From NCBI GenBank assembly GCA_020891255.1, contig BQFW01000012.1, forward strand, positions 2,108,001-2,172,000: a DNA stretch of 64,000 nucleotides, in the 5' to 3' direction. Origin of the DNA: Entomortierella parvispora E1425 (Eukaryota; Fungi; Mortierellomycota). A program made the position numbers and the translations under genes. Shown one piece after another: positions 61,301-64,000 of this stretch; positions within the stretch are counted from its first letter, which is position 1, and every line of letters starts with the position of its first letter. The notes under the pieces were generated by a model, which was not told the origin of the DNA, made no database searches, and was given only the letters and a program-made list of their open reading frames with translations.

Positions 61301-63973
61301 ACCTGGGCATTGCATTGCTGGGCAATCCGGACCAATGCCGCAGCGGACGCCTTTCGAAGTTCTGGATCCACATGGGCTGTATACCGCGAGAGCATCTCGA
61401 CCAACTTGAGCAAAGGAATTCCCGAGGGCATGCACCTGGGAAGACAGGTCACCCATGCGGTCATCAAATCAAAGTACACCTGTTTGTCCTTGGAATACGA
61501 AACGGCCAAAGTCGAGTACTGGTGAACTGCAGATGCCCCTCCGTCGCCTGTCGCGGTCGCCATGAGGGCTGCTGCCGAGAACATACTCCGGGCGGTCGTG
61601 TATTTTTCATCCAAGATCAAAGTATGTCCATAATTCCGGTCACAGACGATGGCAATCTTTCCGAGGACAGCCGTCATTTGATCATAGGTATCTCGCATGC
61701 CTGCACGGTTGATGATACTGGGCTCTAGCACATCCGATGAGGTGGTTGACTCGGTGGCGCTCGCCACAGCATCTCCAGAGGTGGGGAAGACGGGTTTGGT
61801 GTGTCCTTTATCTAGATCCGCCAGGATGAGCATGAACGAACGGACAGCGATCGTCATTCTTTCGGGAGAGATCATGTCCATGGTCAAGTTTGTGAAAATC
61901 ACGTTGGACAAGGATTCCAGATTCAGGAGCAGGAAGATGATGGACCGGGTAGCGTAATCTGGGTGTCGGGATCCAATGAAATGAACGATTCGGACCAAAT
62001 GACCTAGTGAGCCATCCAAGACTGTGGTCGACTTTCGACCAGAGGGAAAGAGCATCTTGACGATCGTATCCAATGTCCGGAATGTACTTCCAGAGCCATC
62101 CGAGCACCTGAACAAAAAGACCCAGAGCAACTGGGATGCACAATTGATGGCAATCAACCGCATGGCCTTGTCCTTGAACTTTTCGCGACATGACTCAAAG
62201 ACAGACATCCAATGTTTCAAGAAAAAGTCCTTTTTGCTGACGCACAAGAGCATGGCAACGAGAGGGAAGGCCACTTGGACATGTCTAGGTTTGTTTGTCA
62301 TCTTGCGGGCCTTGGGGTATATAAGTTCCACGGTCTTGGACCAGTTGGGGTGGTTGACTTCAGCGACTGCGACCTAAAGGGGGTGGAAACCGTTGTGGCA
62401 CGTTAGAAGGGGTGGTTTGTGTGTGTGGGAATTAAAATCTGTGACACCCGTTCATAACTCAAAGATGAGACGAACCTTTGCCACCGGCGTGAGTAACTGC
62501 ACAAATAGCTCAGCATAGGCGTGTTTGATCCGGATGCCTCGAGCCATCTTGAAGAATCCCGCACAACTTTGCAGGAAATCTGCCGTCTCTTCCAAGCACT
62601 CCTCGGGATAAAGCTGTTGAACGAATTAAAGGAGTTAGCTCGGAACTGGATCATGACCTAATCATCCCCCCCTCCTCCCATGCCCCTACAAGGCTTGTGA
62701 CATGACGGGAAAAAAAGCCCTCTCAAGAGGCAAGAAAAAAGGACTTGCCTTCAGGTTCAAATATCGCATACCACGAATGAGCATCTCCATTCGCAGTTCT
62801 CTGTCCTTGTCCTTGACAGGGACTCCTGTCTTGTATTTCTCGAGCTCGGCAATGAATCGATCACTGACGGTGGCAAATCGCACGTTCGACAAGGAGCCCA
62901 TGAGTTCTACCAAGGCGTTCATGTTGGCTGTACGATTTGAGGAGCGCTGGATGAATTCACTAAAATTCGAAAGAAAAAAAACCCCCCGTCAGTTCAGACT
63001 ACCAGTGCTCTTCTTGGTCAGTGCTTCGTTGTGTCGACTTACGGGTCGACATTTTCCAATTGACTAAAAACTGTTTCCTCGAGTCGAAACCCTAGTTCGT
63101 CGGGTAAAGATTCCTTTTGAACTTGGCTGACAATTTCAATGAGAGATCGCGACATGATGAATAGGGAAACCACCTAGGATTGAGATTCAGAGGTGAAGAG
63201 AAAAAGAGAGTCAGCATAAATGTCGAGAACGAGCCTGGCCAAGCGATAGACAACTTTTTCTTACAGATTTCCTCTCTTTGATGACAGCTTTAGGATCTCG
63301 ATATTTGAAATGGATGGACCAGTCTCCACTGTGGGAAAGAAAAAAAGAAAAGGTCAACAAAAATAGAGATGAGGTCAGTTACAAGTTTTGTACAATGAGA
63401 AAAAGAAGGACAGAAAAATAAAGAGAGAAAGAGAGAGAGAAAGAAAATGCACTGCCGCCGCAAAGAGCATGGTCCATGCCCCCCCCCCCACAAAAAAAAG
63501 AAGGAAAAAAAGGTAGTCCTTACGAGGCTGATTTCACTGAGGGATCGTCCGAGGATTCAATCTTTCCTTTGCGCCAAAGCATGACGCAGTCAATGACAGG
63601 CTTGGGACGATGTCTGGCCACGGATCCTAATGACGCCAGGAGCTTGTCAAACTTTGGATCCACGCCCTGCTTCAACGGCGAAAGAATATCTGGCTCTGTA
63701 TCTTGCTATTATAGGACGCGCCAGAAAAAAAAGAAAAAGATCAAGAGCAGATCGCGAAAAAGTTGCCTGGTTAGCTGGCGCTACTCTATTAAGTGAACCT
63801 GCCCGCGTGGGTGCCGTCCTTGCTGTTTTCCTTACCAAGGGAAGATGGATCATGGCGTTTAGCTTGGCCTCGGCCATTTTCACAAACTGAGTAAAGAGCA
63901 TCTTGAGCGCAAACTCGGATGGCGTCTGAAGTTGATGAGGAAGCGGCGAGGATTGCGGTTGCGGAGGGAGCAT
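55307..63973 (-). CDS. TAO3: RAM/MOR network scaffold Tao3/Pag1/Mor2 (Furry family); multi-exon
   Basis: N-terminal SEFALKMLFTQFV; FATVSDRFIAELEK; MLIRGMRYL; LIYPKARKM...HVQVAFPLV..LLCVS; WGETALQWATACPVRHIACRSFQIFRAL; FPQIFWGSIACL; low-complexity Gly/Ser tail. Confidence 0.95.
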
Positions 63974-64000
63974 GGAAGGTACTGGGGGGAGGGGTGTATG

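Noticed and set aside
1-64000. U12-type (minor) introns
   Set aside because: RTATCCTT-like strings were found only in exons, on the non-coding strand or between genes; none lies at a reconstructed splice donor.

Overview
This is intron-rich eukaryotic DNA from an early-diverging fungus, most likely Mortierellaceae. That assignment is an inference from gene content, short GT-AG introns with poly-A/T tracts, and family-typical F-box/LRR and REase-fold genes. About 20 protein-coding loci can be reconstructed by hand-splicing. The conserved ones are a Cas1p-type O-acetyltransferase, a Loa1/Vps66-like acyltransferase, a focadhesin/RST1-like ARM protein, MTFP1, a secreted 5'-nucleotidase, a Yvc1 TRP channel, an HSL-family hydrolase, an Flc/Pkd2 TRP-like channel, a RhoGAP, SGF29, mitochondrial uL2 (RML2) and TAO3/Furry. 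Accessory or orphan loci sit between them. No rRNA, tRNA, CRISPR array or recognisable transposase was seen. The most notable observations are: (1) a small secreted Gly/Tyr-rich two-module peptide precursor with a Kex2-type KR site; (2) a spliced 152-aa gene missed by the ORF track that joins a Cys/His zinc-binding motif to an IF1-like helix; (3) a multi-exon PD-(D/E)xK nuclease-fold gene; (4) three accessory genes that each have a truncated, inverted paralogous fragment downstream pointing back at them; (5) two GC-AG introns, a G4-type decamer array and a 298-bp tandem duplication. All homology calls come from motif recognition by eye, not database searches, and identity counts are manual.
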